DNA of 64,000 nt. Source: an uncultured Atopobium sp. (GTDB taxonomy: Bacteria; Actinomycetota; Coriobacteriia; Coriobacteriales; Atopobiaceae). Each line of letters opens with the position of its first letter. The first letter of the stretch is position 1. The DNA lies in contig CAYSIC010000005.1 of NCBI GenBank assembly GCA_964430985.1, positions 19,610 through 83,609 of the forward strand, in the 5' to 3' direction. The notes beneath the pieces were generated by a model. That model ran no database searches, had not been told where the DNA came from, and saw only the letters and a list, made by a program, of their open reading frames with translations. A program made the translations under genes and the position numbers. Positions 1 through 11,016 of the stretch are shown here, piece by piece.

Positions 1-1575
1 GCCACCGGACTCTTTGCCGCCCCTGGCTTCATGGACAGCCACATCCACATAGAAAGCTCCATGGTCGGTGTGGCCGAGTACGCGCGCGCCGTGGTCCCGC
101 ACGGGACCACGGGAGTCTTCTGCGACCCACACGAGTGCGCCAACGTGCGCGGCCTTAGGGGCGTGCGCTCCATGTACGAGGACGCCGACCGCGTGCCACT
201 CAAGGCCATGGTCACCACGCCGTCGTGCGTGCCAGCCGTGACCGGGGTCGAGGATACGGGCTCCTCAATCGACGCCACCCAGGTCGCCGAGACCATGAGC
301 TGGGACAACGTCGTCGGACTGGGCGAGATGATGAACTTTCCCGGCATCCTCGCGGGCGAGGAGAACGCCCTCGGCGAGGTCAGCGCCACCCTGGCCGCCG
401 ACAAACGCGTGACCGGACACTACACCATGCCCGAGACCGACCGCGGCCTCAACGCCTACATCGCCTCCGGGGTCTCGACCTGTCATGAGAGCGCGCGGCT
501 CGAGGACGTCATTGCCAAGCTCCGCCTAGGCATGTACGTGCAGCTGCGCCAAGGCTCCGCCTGGCACAACCTGCCCGTCTACCTGCCTGGCCTTCTGGAG
601 TCCGGTGTCGACCTGCGCCACTGCACCTTGTGCTCCGACGACAACCACCCCCAGACCATCGTCGGCGACGGCCACATGGACCGCATCCTGCGCCTTGCCG
701 TCGAGTTGGGCTGCGACCCCGTCACCGCCATCCAGATGTGTACGCTCAACTGCGCCGAGTACTTTGGGCTGGGGGCGGACATGGGCTCGATCGCACCGGG
801 CATGTGCGCCGACATCGTTCTTCTCGACGATCTTAAGGGCTTCTTTGCCCGCAAGGTTCTCATTGACGGTGAGGTCGTGGCCGAGGACGGTCACGCCCTG
901 TTCGAGGTGACCCCGCGCGACTGGCCCGACTGGATGACCCATACGATGGACCTGGGCTTCATGCCCTGCGCCGAAACCTTCGCCCTCAAAGTCGATCGAC
1001 CGGACGGCATCGCACGCGTCCGGGCCATGGGCATCGAACCGGGCCAGACCATCACCAAGGACGTCATCGTCGAGGTGCCTGTAAAAGACGGCGAGCTCCT
1101 TGCCGATTACGCACACGACATCCTCAAGGTCTGCGTCTTCGACCGCCACCATGGCTCCGCGGGCGTCCATTCGCAGGGCTTCGTCACGGGCTTCGGCATT
1201 CACGGGGCGCTTGCTCAGACCGTCTCCCACGATGCTCACAACCTCCTGGTCATGGGTGACAACGACGAGGACATGGCGCTGGCGGCCCGCACGCTCGTCT
1301 CCTGTGGCGGAGGAGAGGTCGCCGTGGCAGACGGCAACGTCCTTGCCCTCGTCGAGCTGCCGGTCTGTGGCCTCATGAGCACCGAGCCGGTCGAGGTCGT
1401 GGCCAAGAAGGTCGCGCGCATCGAGGAGGCCTGGCTGCAAATGGGCTGCACCATGCCATCCCCGTTCATGACGATGGGCGTCATGTCGCTCGCCTGCGTC
1501 CCCGAGCTGCGCCTCACCAACCGTGGGTACGTGAACTGCCTCACCTTTGAGATGGAGGACCTTCTCGTCGAGTAG
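1..1575 (+). CDS. ade: adenine deaminase, 5' end outside window
   Basis: ORF 31..1575 stays open in frame back to nt 1 (ATGLFAAPGF-MDSHIHIESS). It has an amidohydrolase metal-binding HxH motif and adenine-deaminase-like sequence throughout. Confidence 0.85.
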   Translation, partial: ATGLFAAPGFMDSHIHIESSMVGVAEYARAVVPHGTTGVFCDPHECANVRGLRGVRSMYEDADRVPLKAMVTTPSCVPAVTGVEDTGSSIDATQVAETMSWDNVVGLGEMMNFPGILAGEENALGEVSATLAADKRVTGHYTMPETDRGLNAYIASGVSTCHESARLEDVIAKLRLGMYVQLRQGSAWHNLPVYLPGLLESGVDLRHCTLCSDDNHPQTIVGDGHMDRILRLAVELGCDPVTAIQMCTLNCAEYFGLGADMGSIAPGMCADIVLLDDLKGFFARKVLIDGEVVAEDGHALFEVTPRDWPDWMTHTMDLGFMPCAETFALKVDRPDGIARVRAMGIEPGQTITKDVIVEVPVKDGELLADYAHDILKVCVFDRHHGSAGVHSQGFVTGFGIHGALAQTVSHDAHNLLVMGDNDEDMALAARTLVSCGGGEVAVADGNVLALVELPVCGLMSTEPVEVVAKKVARIEEAWLQMGCTMPSPFMTMGVMSLACVPELRLTNRGYVNCLTFEMEDLLVE

Positions 1576-1602
1576 CACCCGGACAGAGGGTCGAGACTAG
1601 AC

Positions 1603-1633
1603 GGGGGCCCGAGACGCTAGGTCTCAGGCCCCC
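1603..1633 (+). terminator. hairpin downstream of ade
   Basis: Imperfect 13-bp GC stem gggggcccgagac / gtctcaggccccc with a 4-nt loop. The T tail is weak. Confidence 0.45.
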
Positions 1634-1853
1634 ACTTTGGCAGCTGCCAAGCTTATCGCTCACACAGTGCGAAGGCGCGCACTCGAGATCGTCGCGCCCC
1701 CGTTCCCTGCACAATGTCAATGATGCCCGCCCGAGCCACTGCCAAACGGAGCGCTCTGGCGAACATGATTCTTCACCGACGAACCATATCTCGCCGACAT
1801 GCCCTCACGGGCGCGGTAGGATTTGTAGGCAGCCAAGAGAGGGAGAAGCCGTC

Positions 1854-2423
1854 ATGGCCAAGAGGTCCAGCACGCGTCATAAGAACGTCGCTCCGAGCGG
1901 TCCCAAGTTCGACGATGACGCCTACGAGGACGTGCGCTTCTCGGCGACGTTCGACTACGGCGAGCTCTCGTTCGCGCGCGCGGCGGCGCTGCTGGCCCCT
2001 CGCAGCAAGACCGCGACCACGGGTGTCGCCTTCATCTGCCTGGCGGGAATGGTCGCCGTCCTCATGATCAGCAAGGACAACCTCGTCTGGGCGCTCGTCT
2101 TCATGGTGCCTGCCCTTGTCGCGCTGAACGCCACCACCAACTGGCACAAGCTCCAGCTTCGCTACGCGCGCAAGACCACCCTGGGAGCCGCGGACGGCAT
2201 TGGCCGTCGCCATGTCGTGGTGTGCGAGGACGCCGTGCACACCCAGGTCGAGGGCGAGAAGGCCGTCTCCTACCCCCTCTCCGAGCTGCGCGCCGTCTAC
2301 GACACCGAGGACTGCGTCGTGGCCGGCTTTGGCTCCAGGCGCTACGTCTACGTGCCGCGTGTGGCCTTGAGCGAGAACCGTTTCCGCGATCTCGTGCGCT
2401 TCCTGCGTGAAAAGCACCGCTAG
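1854..2423 (+). CDS. YcxB-like two-TM membrane protein (hypothetical)
   Basis: 189-aa ORF with a GGGAGAAG ribosome-binding site. Two adjacent hydrophobic helices are followed by a soluble C-terminal domain, an architecture typical of YcxB-like proteins. Confidence 0.5.
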   Translation: MAKRSSTRHKNVAPSGPKFDDDAYEDVRFSATFDYGELSFARAAALLAPRSKTATTGVAFICLAGMVAVLMISKDNLVWALVFMVPALVALNATTNWHKLQLRYARKTTLGAADGIGRRHVVVCEDAVHTQVEGEKAVSYPLSELRAVYDTEDCVVAGFGSRRYVYVPRVALSENRFRDLVRFLREKHR

Positions 2424-2516
2424 ACACGCGAGCCCGCGCTTTTTCGCTACACTGTAACGATTGCTCCGATACAAGCGACGCAGCTGCCCCTCTCGCAGGC
2501 GCGGGAGGGGCTATCC

Positions 2517-4013
<1,497 letters not shown>

Positions 4014-4018
4014 CCTTT

Positions 4019-4040
4019 GTAGGGGGGATATCCCCCCTAC
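4019..4040. terminator. perfect 22-bp palindrome, probable bidirectional terminator hairpin
   Basis: gtaggggggatatcccccctac lies 6 nt after the helicase stop. It gives a 9-bp stem with an ATAT loop. Confidence 0.55.
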
Positions 4041-4611
4041 AATCAAACCCTGGGCATTGCTCTTCCAAACCAGGTCGATGACACTCGATGCAACGCCGCA
4101 GGAAATCCCGCCGATGGGCCACGGGAGCCAGATCCTGGCAAGCAGCATCCCTCTCGACCCGCGTGTAGAAGTCCTCAACGTAAGGGTGCACACGCTTGAA
4201 CGCCGTATGCCCCATGCCTGCGGGGATCAAAAAGGCCAGGGAAAGGACCCTTACACCAAGAATCGGGATGGCCAAGAGGTCATTAGAGAACCTGTAGAAC
4301 CCTGCAAGAGAGTCCGCCAGCGTACCGAGGGCACCGCCGGCGATAATCACGGCAACACCAGAGGATATCTGGTTCGCAAAGAGGCTCAGGTGCTCGTCGT
4401 AGCTGCAGATATCAGTCGGCCGGCCCGAGACGAGCGCGTCCGTACCAGAATTGAGGCTTGTCAATAGATTTTGCCCGTCACCCTTAGTAGCGGAAAAACT
4501 CGCAAGCTCTCTACCTGCGGATTCTCGGAGTGAAAAGGCTCGTCTACTTGGAATCCAGGAAGAAATCTATTGACAAGTCCCCTTTGTGATTCCGCGACTG
4601 CCCATAATCTG

Positions 4612-4652
4612 AAAAAATGGGTCCCGAGCACGCCTTTGCGCGCCCGGGACCC
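4612..4652 (-). terminator. pgi intrinsic terminator
   Basis: On the minus strand, stem gggtcccg/cgggaccc is followed by a T6 run (A-run 4612-4617 on the plus strand), about 30 nt after the pgi stop. Confidence 0.7.
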
Positions 4653-4681
4653 CTGTCTCCACAGAAACCTATCGGCAGTCC

Positions 4682-6376
4682 CTACCTGCGGTGCTCGCGG
4701 TAATACGCGATGAGCGCCTTCGTGCTCGCATCCTGCTCCGCCAAGGCCGCATCGTCGTGGAAGGCCGGGGTTATTTGCTTGGCGAGCTGCTTGCCCAGCT
4801 CAACGCCCCACTGGTCGTAGGAGTCAACGCCCCAGACCGTACCTTCGACAAAGGTGATGTGCTCGTAGAGGGCGATGAGCTCCCCCAGCGCATGCGGCGT
4901 GAGCGCGGTGCCAAAAATTGAGGTCGTGGGGCGATTGCCAGAAAAGACGCGCGCGGGAACGATTCTCTCGGGCGTCCCCTCGGCGCGAACCTCATCGGCC
5001 GTCTTGCCAAAGGCAAGGGCCTTGGTCTGCGCGAGGAAGTTGCCCAAGAAGAGCTCGTGAACGTCCTGGTCGCCGTCGCGCGTAGGGTTGGGCGTGTTCA
5101 CGAAGGCGATGAAGTCCGCGGGAACCACGCGCGTCCCCTGGTGGATGAGCTGGTAGAAGGCGTGCTGACCGTTGGTTCCCGGCTCGCCCCAGAAGATCTC
5201 GCCCGTGCCGGAACTCACCGGGGAACCGTCCCAGCGCACGCTCTTGCCGTTGGACTCCATCGTGAGCTGCTGGAGGTAGGCCGGGAAGCGATGCAGATAC
5301 TGGTTGTAGGGCAGCACCGCATGGCTGCCCATGTTCCAGAAGTTGACGTACCAGACGTTGATGAGCCCCATGAGAGCCACGACGTTCTTCTCGAGCGGGG
5401 TGGTTTGGAAGTAGGCGTCGAGGTCGTGGAAGCCGGCCAGGAATTCCTTGAAGCGCTGGGGCCCGAGAGCCACGATGAGCGAGAGGCCCACGGCGGAGTC
5501 CACCGAGTAGCGGCCACCCACCCAGTTCCAGAATCCAAAGGCATTGGCGGGATCGATGCCAAAGTCTGCCACCAGGTCAAGCGCCGTCGAGACGGCCACG
5601 AAGTGCTTCTTGATGGCGGCGGCGTCCTGCTCGGCCGAGCCGTCAAGAGCCCCGGAGGCGTGCAGGCTCTCGAGCAGCCAGGTGCGCGCCTCGCGGGCGT
5701 TGGTCAGGGTCTCGAGCGTGGTGAACGTCTTGGAGACCACGATGCACAGGGTGGTCTCGGGATCGAGGCGCAGCGTCTTCTCGGCCATGTCGTTGGGATC
5801 GATGTTGGAGACGTACGTGCAGTCGATACCTGCGTCCGCGTAGGGCTTGAGCGCCTCATAGACCATGACGGGTCCCAGGTCGGAACCGCCGATGCCGATG
5901 CTCAAAACGTGCTCGATGCGCTTGCCTGTGATGCCCGTCCACACACCGGAGCGCACGCGCTCGGCGAAGTCGTACATGCGGTCGAGCATCTTGTGAACGT
6001 CCGCAACGCAATCCTGCTCGCCATCCATGACCGTGCCCGCATCCGAGAGCGGGCGACGCAGCGCAGTATGGAGCACGGCTCGGTCCTCGGTCGTGTTGAT
6101 ATGCGCGCCCGTGAACATGGCGTCGCGGCGCTGCTCGAGCCCGACGGCGCGCGCAAGATCGCAGAGCAGGCCCAGGGTAGTCTTGTCGACAAGGTTCTTG
6201 GAGAGGTCAAAGTGCAAGTCGTCTAGGTCGAAGGAGAGCGCCTCCACCCGGTTGGGGTCGTCCGCGAACGCGCCCTTGAGCGTGAACCCGGAGCTCACGA
6301 GCTCGTCGTGGCGGGTATCGAGAGCAGCCCAGGCAGGTGTCTTAGTGACGTCAACAGGCGCGGGAATGGTAGACAT
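4682..6376 (-). CDS. pgi: glucose-6-phosphate isomerase
   Basis: 564-aa ORF that looks like PGI along its full length ([31 protein letters not shown] motifs). Confidence 0.95.
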   Translation of the reverse strand: MSTIPAPVDVTKTPAWAALDTRHDELVSSGFTLKGAFADDPNRVEALSFDLDDLHFDLSKNLVDKTTLGLLCDLARAVGLEQRRDAMFTGAHINTTEDRAVLHTALRRPLSDAGTVMDGEQDCVADVHKMLDRMYDFAERVRSGVWTGITGKRIEHVLSIGIGGSDLGPVMVYEALKPYADAGIDCTYVSNIDPNDMAEKTLRLDPETTLCIVVSKTFTTLETLTNAREARTWLLESLHASGALDGSAEQDAAAIKKHFVAVSTALDLVADFGIDPANAFGFWNWVGGRYSVDSAVGLSLIVALGPQRFKEFLAGFHDLDAYFQTTPLEKNVVALMGLINVWYVNFWNMGSHAVLPYNQYLHRFPAYLQQLTMESNGKSVRWDGSPVSSGTGEIFWGEPGTNGQHAFYQLIHQGTRVVPADFIAFVNTPNPTRDGDQDVHELFLGNFLAQTKALAFGKTADEVRAEGTPERIVPARVFSGNRPTTSIFGTALTPHALGELIALYEHITFVEGTVWGVDSYDQWGVELGKQLAKQITPAFHDDAALAEQDASTKALIAYYREHRR

Positions 6377-6485
6377 AGAATGCTCCTTTGGGACGACCTT
6401 GGGCAGAGATGCAACCGATGCAGCTGCATACTATAGTTAAGCATACCGCGACCAACTCAAGTGCGCAGAGAAAACGGCGGGCGCT

Positions 6486-7040
6486 CTAGAACGGCTCCCC
6501 GAGCGGCGGCACTCGCTTGAGGCGCGCCCACATGACTTGCTTCTCGTGCGCATCGCCGAGCGCCTCCGCAAAGCCACCGAGGTTGAGCACGCGCATCCCA
6601 CAGACCTGCGCCACGGAGCCCGCAACGAGCATGGCCTCCTCGAGCGTCTCTATGGACGCCAGGTCATCGGCGAAGGCCTCGCGCACCGCGCTGGCCGCTG
6701 CCTCGTCGCAGCAGACGAGCGTGGCAGGGTCGAGGGCGCACACCGCCTCGCGCATGAGCGCTGCCCCCAACGGGGCGCCGTCCACGTTCACGCTCAGGAG
6801 CGTCTCCCACTCCTCGGGGGCGTAGCCCAGGGCCTTGAGAGATGCCTTGAGTGCCGCGCCGTCCGCGCCCGAGAAGGGCTCGGCTCCGTCGCGCTCCTTG
6901 GCCGTGAGCTCCCCCTTAGCAAGAAGGATTGGCGAGAAGGCGTTGCCGCCCATCCTTACGCCTCGCGCAACGAGCGCGTCGACCTCGGCAGCGGTCTTGT
7001 CCAAGTATGCGCGACGGCGCGCGTCTCTCTCGGATGCCAT
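6486..7040 (-). CDS. uracil-DNA glycosylase superfamily protein (family-4-like, atypical active-site motif)
   Basis: 184 aa. The segment ILLAKGELTAKERDGAEPFSGADGAALKASLKALGY follows the family-4 UDG pattern (GEAPG..E..G.PF.G.aG..L), but the GEAPG motif is replaced. Confidence 0.55.
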   Translation of the reverse strand: MASERDARRRAYLDKTAAEVDALVARGVRMGGNAFSPILLAKGELTAKERDGAEPFSGADGAALKASLKALGYAPEEWETLLSVNVDGAPLGAALMREAVCALDPATLVCCDEAAASAVREAFADDLASIETLEEAMLVAGSVAQVCGMRVLNLGGFAEALGDAHEKQVMWARLKRVPPLGEPF

Positions 7041-7229
7041 GGGATTCTCCTTGTCAGATGTCCTGTTTCTGCGTATCCATCTTCCGCCAAGCGCCCTCCG
7101 GTGGCAAAGCCCATATAGCGGGCGTCGTTCCCACCTTCATACCCACCAACGACAGACTCTGTCCGTCCACTGGCCTAGGGTGAATTCACGAAGTTATTTC
7201 ACGCACCGTGAAGGAGGAAGTAGCAATGA

Positions 7230-7487
7230 ATGATATTCAAGCTAGCACTAGTCGGCGAGGAACAATCCGACAGTGGCAGCGGTGCGGCAAACAACGTCTT
7301 CAATATTCAGCTTAGGAGAAATCACACCCTTTGGTATGACGACTGCGGAACATATTCTGAAAGCAGAAATGGAAGTTCTCATTTTGACTGGTATGGCGTT
7401 GGTTCAGGTGATTACTACTTCTATTTTTACAAAACAATCGACGGCCAATGGGTTCACTGCGATGCAATGGGAATGTATAGCTGGTAA
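7230..7487 (+). CDS. small aromatic-rich hypothetical protein (85 aa)
   Basis: Strong SD AGGAGG at 7212-7217. The segment is AT-rich. 17 of 85 residues are F/Y/W, there are 2 Cys, and the protein ends ...GMYSW. A hairpin follows at 7508-7550. Confidence 0.45.
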   Translation: MIFKLALVGEEQSDSGSGAANNVFNIQLRRNHTLWYDDCGTYSESRNGSSHFDWYGVGSGDYYFYFYKTIDGQWVHCDAMGMYSW

Positions 7488-7507
7488 GTAACGAATCCCT
7501 CAAGAGC

Positions 7508-7550
7508 AACGTCGCCGACCCATCGGCGCGGGATTGTGGCCGGCGACGTT
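7508..7550 (+). terminator. hairpin after the small ORF
   Basis: 10-bp perfect stem aacgtcgccg / cggcgacgtt with a 23-nt loop. The T tail is weak. Confidence 0.4.
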
Positions 7551-7570
7551 CATTTCAAAAGGAGATATCC

Positions 7571-8284
7571 ATGGGTTTAACGCGTGCGTTTGGATGGATC
7601 GTATTCGGCGTGCTCATCCTCATAGGAAGTCTTGTTGCGCTGAGATGCCGCTTTGGAGCGGGTCGCACAATTGTTGCCCTTCTCTTTGCAACCTATCTCT
7701 CGATCATAATTTCTTTACTGTTGCTGCCCATGCCCCTCAACACAGAAGGCGCAGCCGGATACCCCAGCGTTCCAATCCTGCTATTTCCTGGGTCCTATGT
7801 AAGCTTTATTTTACAGAGAATCAGCAGCGTTCAGCTCGGAGGCGTCCTAGCTGCAGTTGCAGTTCAGGCCATAACCTTTGTGCCCATGGGATTTTTTCTC
7901 CCTGTACTCTTCAAAAAGTGCCGAGAAGCTCGACACGCGGTTTGGGCTCTCCTATCCTTTGCGGTCACCCTTGAGCTGCTTCAGTTTCTACAGGGCGTTA
8001 TCGCTGGGGTGATGTATCGTTCTGTGAGCAGCGACGAGGCGTTCGTCTGCTTTGCGGGAGGTCTTATGGGCTTCCTTCTCTATACTTTGTGCCAGCACTT
8101 CTTCTTCCTCTGGAAGGGACGGGCCAAGAAACGGACGGGGCCAAGAAACCCAACCATCTCGTATGACATGAGCGGCTGTGAAGAAACGATCTGCAAACAT
8201 GGTGAGAGAAGCACTCCCCTTTGCCCTCTGGTTGGCGGGGGGAGCCGTTCTCCTTTTTCACCAGGCGCTTCTTCCTGCCGTTAG
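7571..8284 (+). CDS. VanZ-like membrane protein
   Basis: SD AAAGGAG. Multi-TM protein with a VanZ-like layout and a conserved LELLQFL segment. The C-terminal ~35 aa overlap the next gene and may not be native. Confidence 0.6.
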   Translation: MGLTRAFGWIVFGVLILIGSLVALRCRFGAGRTIVALLFATYLSIIISLLLLPMPLNTEGAAGYPSVPILLFPGSYVSFILQRISSVQLGGVLAAVAVQAITFVPMGFFLPVLFKKCREARHAVWALLSFAVTLELLQFLQGVIAGVMYRSVSSDEAFVCFAGGLMGFLLYTLCQHFFFLWKGRAKKRTGPRNPTISYDMSGCEETICKHGERSTPLCPLVGGGSRSPFSPGASSCR

Positions 8285-9014
8285 TTCCCCTCTCCTGGCA
8301 CTCGCACGGGGAGGCTCATCGGCAGTGTGCGTAGCGCTCGTGGTCTCTCCTCTCTTCGCAGCCCCCTCTTGCGCGCGTTTCCGGACCTCCACCATGAGGG
8401 TCCTCCTTTTGGTCGCGAGCGTCCTGTCCACCGCCATCCTTCTCTTTATTGAAATCTCCTCGCAGAACCTGCCCATGGGAGCACTCGAGTGGGTCCTGAG
8501 GCTGGTCGCCTTTGTCACATGGAGCGCGCTTGGCCCCCTCTGGGCTCTGGCCGGGACCAAACGTGAGATGGAGCATCGTCGTCTCACCACGATTCAGGGA
8601 TTGGGACTCTGCGCATTCCTGCTGCTCTCCTCGTTCGCAAAGCTCCACGCCCCCGCGGGCAGCACCTGGAGCCATGGCGCCCGTCTTGCGTACCTCACCC
8701 TGGGCCTTTTTTCCTGCTTCGCATGGTGGGGCTTTGGCTTTCTTGTATGCCGCAGGATTAGTCGAAAGGACGAAGCGGCTTCAAGGAAAACTCCTGATAC
8801 CGGGACCGCGGCATCGGCATCCACCTTGTCCGCTCTCGAAGGGTCCTCGCTTCTCACAAAGCGAGAGACGGACGTTCTTGTTGCTCTGCTCGACGGCGCA
8901 AAGCAGGTGGAAGTGGCACGCCATCTTGGATTGAGCCCGTCGACGGTGGGAACCTATCGAGCGCGGGCCCTTCAGAAGCTCAAGCTCAGGTCTCTCGATG
9001 AGCTATCACCCTAA
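8178..9014 (+). CDS. membrane-anchored LuxR-family transcriptional regulator
   Basis: About 6 predicted TM helices, then a C-terminal LuxR/GerE HTH (LTKRETDVLVALLDGAKQVEVARHLGLSPSTVGTYRARALQKL). The start could be 8178 or 8199. Confidence 0.7.
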   Translation: MKKRSANMVREALPFALWLAGGAVLLFHQALLPAVSSPLLALARGGSSAVCVALVVSPLFAAPSCARFRTSTMRVLLLVASVLSTAILLFIEISSQNLPMGALEWVLRLVAFVTWSALGPLWALAGTKREMEHRRLTTIQGLGLCAFLLLSSFAKLHAPAGSTWSHGARLAYLTLGLFSCFAWWGFGFLVCRRISRKDEAASRKTPDTGTAASASTLSALEGSSLLTKRETDVLVALLDGAKQVEVARHLGLSPSTVGTYRARALQKLKLRSLDELSP

Positions 9015-9047
9015 GATGGAACAAAGGTCGAAGCAGAGGACGAGCTC

Positions 9048-9875
9048 GTGCAAAACACGCTTTGGGCGATACACCCCACACTCCTTGTGGTCCCCTTCCT
9101 ACTTACCGTAGCTTCGTACCTTCTCGGCCACCTCCCTGAGAACACCGCCGCGTTCGCACGCACCATCGTTGAGCAGCCCCTTTGTTGGGCCGCCCTCTTG
9201 AGCGCGTCGCATCTCATGTGGCATGCGGCGACACAGGCTGATCTTCCCGCCTCGGCAAGCGAGACGCTGTGCGCAGCGTTGCTGGGGGCCCTTGTAGGAG
9301 CGTGCGCAAAGACTCTCCTGCACCAGGAGATTCCCACGCCCCTCACGGTGGTTTTACTCGCTGTGTGCGCCCTTGGGGCTGCCGCGGAAATCCGGGACCA
9401 CGATGCGCCCCTACTTCCCCGCGTTTCTCCCCCAGCTGTCTGGGCATCTGCGTGCGTATTCGCGTCCGTCCTCCTGCTGGCGGAGCCTCCCCATCCTGCG
9501 GAACATCCTCTAGTCGCCGGCTTTCTGCACGTGGACGTCGGTGGGATCTCTCAGATCGTGCTCCTAACCTCCAGTCTGACGTTGGTCGGTCTCCTCGTCA
9601 GGCGGCGTCTTCTCGCAACGAATCTGGATGCCCACATGGAGCCCTCAACCGAGAAGCGCTGCATCCTCTACCTTCTGGGGCGCGGCCTCAATGAGACGCA
9701 GGCCCAGGTGATTGCCCGCATCGCCCAGGAGCAGACGGTCTCCCGAATATGCGACGAGCTGTGCGTTTCTGAGGGCACGGTCAACTCCGCGCGTTTTCAT
9801 GCTTATAGAGCCCTCCACGTTCATTCACGCGAGGAGCTCGTGGGCCTGCTCCAGCAAGACGTGGGTCGTCCGTAG
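9048..9875 (+). CDS. membrane-anchored LuxR-family transcriptional regulator (paralog of the preceding gene)
   Basis: Polytopic N-terminal domain plus a C-terminal LuxR-type HTH (ILYLLGRGLNETQAQVIARIAQEQTVSRICDELCVSEGTVNSARFHAYRAL). Confidence 0.7.
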   Translation: MQNTLWAIHPTLLVVPFLLTVASYLLGHLPENTAAFARTIVEQPLCWAALLSASHLMWHAATQADLPASASETLCAALLGALVGACAKTLLHQEIPTPLTVVLLAVCALGAAAEIRDHDAPLLPRVSPPAVWASACVFASVLLLAEPPHPAEHPLVAGFLHVDVGGISQIVLLTSSLTLVGLLVRRRLLATNLDAHMEPSTEKRCILYLLGRGLNETQAQVIARIAQEQTVSRICDELCVSEGTVNSARFHAYRALHVHSREELVGLLQQDVGRP

Positions 9876-9976
9876 AATTCGCCGACTGTGATAACTGCGG
9901 AAATTCGGGTATAACCCCTGTCAAGCAGAACGAGAGCGTGGACGGAGAGCCGTCCACCTGACACAGGAGGTTCCTC

Positions 9977-10294
9977 ATGGCTCAGCCCATCACCACCGCA
10001 GAGTTCGACTCTGTTCTTTCCAGCTCCGACAAGCCGGTGCTCATCGACTTCTGGGCCTCTTGGTGCGGTCCCTGCCGTGCGCTTGGTCCCGTGGTCGAGC
10101 AGATTTCCAACGAGATGGCTGACGAGCTTGCCGTCTATAAGTGCAACGTTGACGAGGAGCCTGATCTCGCCACCAAGTTTCGCATCGTGTCCATCCCCAC
10201 GCTGATTCTCTTCAAGAATGGTAAGCCCGCTCACACCATGGTGGGTAACACCCCCAAGCCCGAGCTCATGGCGGAGCTTAAAGCCAACCTGTAG
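9977..10294 (+). CDS. trxA: thioredoxin
   Basis: 105 aa with the WASWCGPC active site. SD AGGAGG. Confidence 0.92.
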   Translation: MAQPITTAEFDSVLSSSDKPVLIDFWASWCGPCRALGPVVEQISNEMADELAVYKCNVDEEPDLATKFRIVSIPTLILFKNGKPAHTMVGNTPKPELMAELKANL

Positions 10295-10301
10295 GAGCTA
10301 A

Positions 10302-11003
10302 ATGAGTTCCCCCATGAACTCTCTTGTGCAGGGCGCTCGCTCCTTTGGAAGCGACGCCCTGCATTTGATTCGCACGAATACGCTCACGCTTGCCCTCCTA
10401 GCCGCCGCACTCGTCTTTGTGATGCTCCTCGAGGACGTGGCCGAGGGTGAGATTATGCGTCTCGACGTCCTGGCCTATCGATTCTTTGTCCAGACGCTTC
10501 GCTCCGACGTGGTCACCCCCGTCATGGAGGGGTTCACCTCTCTCTCCTCGGTAGCGGTCGTCGCCGTCATGACGCTGGTCGTGGCGGCACTTGCCCCAGG
10601 CAAAGCGCCGGGCTGGTGCGTCGCCGTCAACATCGGGGGTGCCGGCGTGCTTAACATCCTTCTTAAGAACATCATCCAGCGCCCCCGGCCTGACGGCTTT
10701 CGCCTTGTTGCCGAGAGCGGCTACAGTTTCCCCTCGGGGCACTCCATGATATCAATGGCGTTCTTTGGGCTCGTCATCTGGATGGTCTGGCACTATCACA
10801 AGGATGACGTCATGCGCTACGTATGGTGCGCTGTCTTTGGCCTCATCATCGCCCTAGTGGGCATCAGCAGAATCTATCTGGGCGTCCACTACGCCTCGGA
10901 TGTGATCGCGGGCTTCTGCGTCTCGATCATCTGGCTCGTCTTCTATACCAAGATCATCGCTCCGCTCTTCATGCCTGACCTTCCCGTACGAGAGCGCCCG
11001 TAA
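10302..11003 (+). CDS. PAP2-family phosphatase (membrane)
   Basis: PAP2 motifs KNIIQRPRP, SFPSGHS and SRIYLGVHYASDV. Multi-TM. Confidence 0.85.
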   Translation: MSSPMNSLVQGARSFGSDALHLIRTNTLTLALLAAALVFVMLLEDVAEGEIMRLDVLAYRFFVQTLRSDVVTPVMEGFTSLSSVAVVAVMTLVVAALAPGKAPGWCVAVNIGGAGVLNILLKNIIQRPRPDGFRLVAESGYSFPSGHSMISMAFFGLVIWMVWHYHKDDVMRYVWCAVFGLIIALVGISRIYLGVHYASDVIAGFCVSIIWLVFYTKIIAPLFMPDLPVRERP

Positions 11004-11016
11004 GGGCAGGTTCCCT

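Noticed and set aside
7226-7315. Alternative 29-codon ORF starting at the ATG 4 nt upstream of the 85-aa ORF start.
   Set aside because: Both ATGs are within range of the AGGAGG SD. The short frame gives a basic, featureless peptide and stops early. The 85-aa frame is much longer and ends just before a hairpin, so it is preferred, though this is not proven.
9938-9957. 8-bp perfect hairpin gtggacgg-agag-ccgtccac upstream of trxA.
   Set aside because: It has no T-run, so it is not a clear terminator for the LuxR gene, and there is nothing further to interpret. It is probably part of the trxA 5' UTR.
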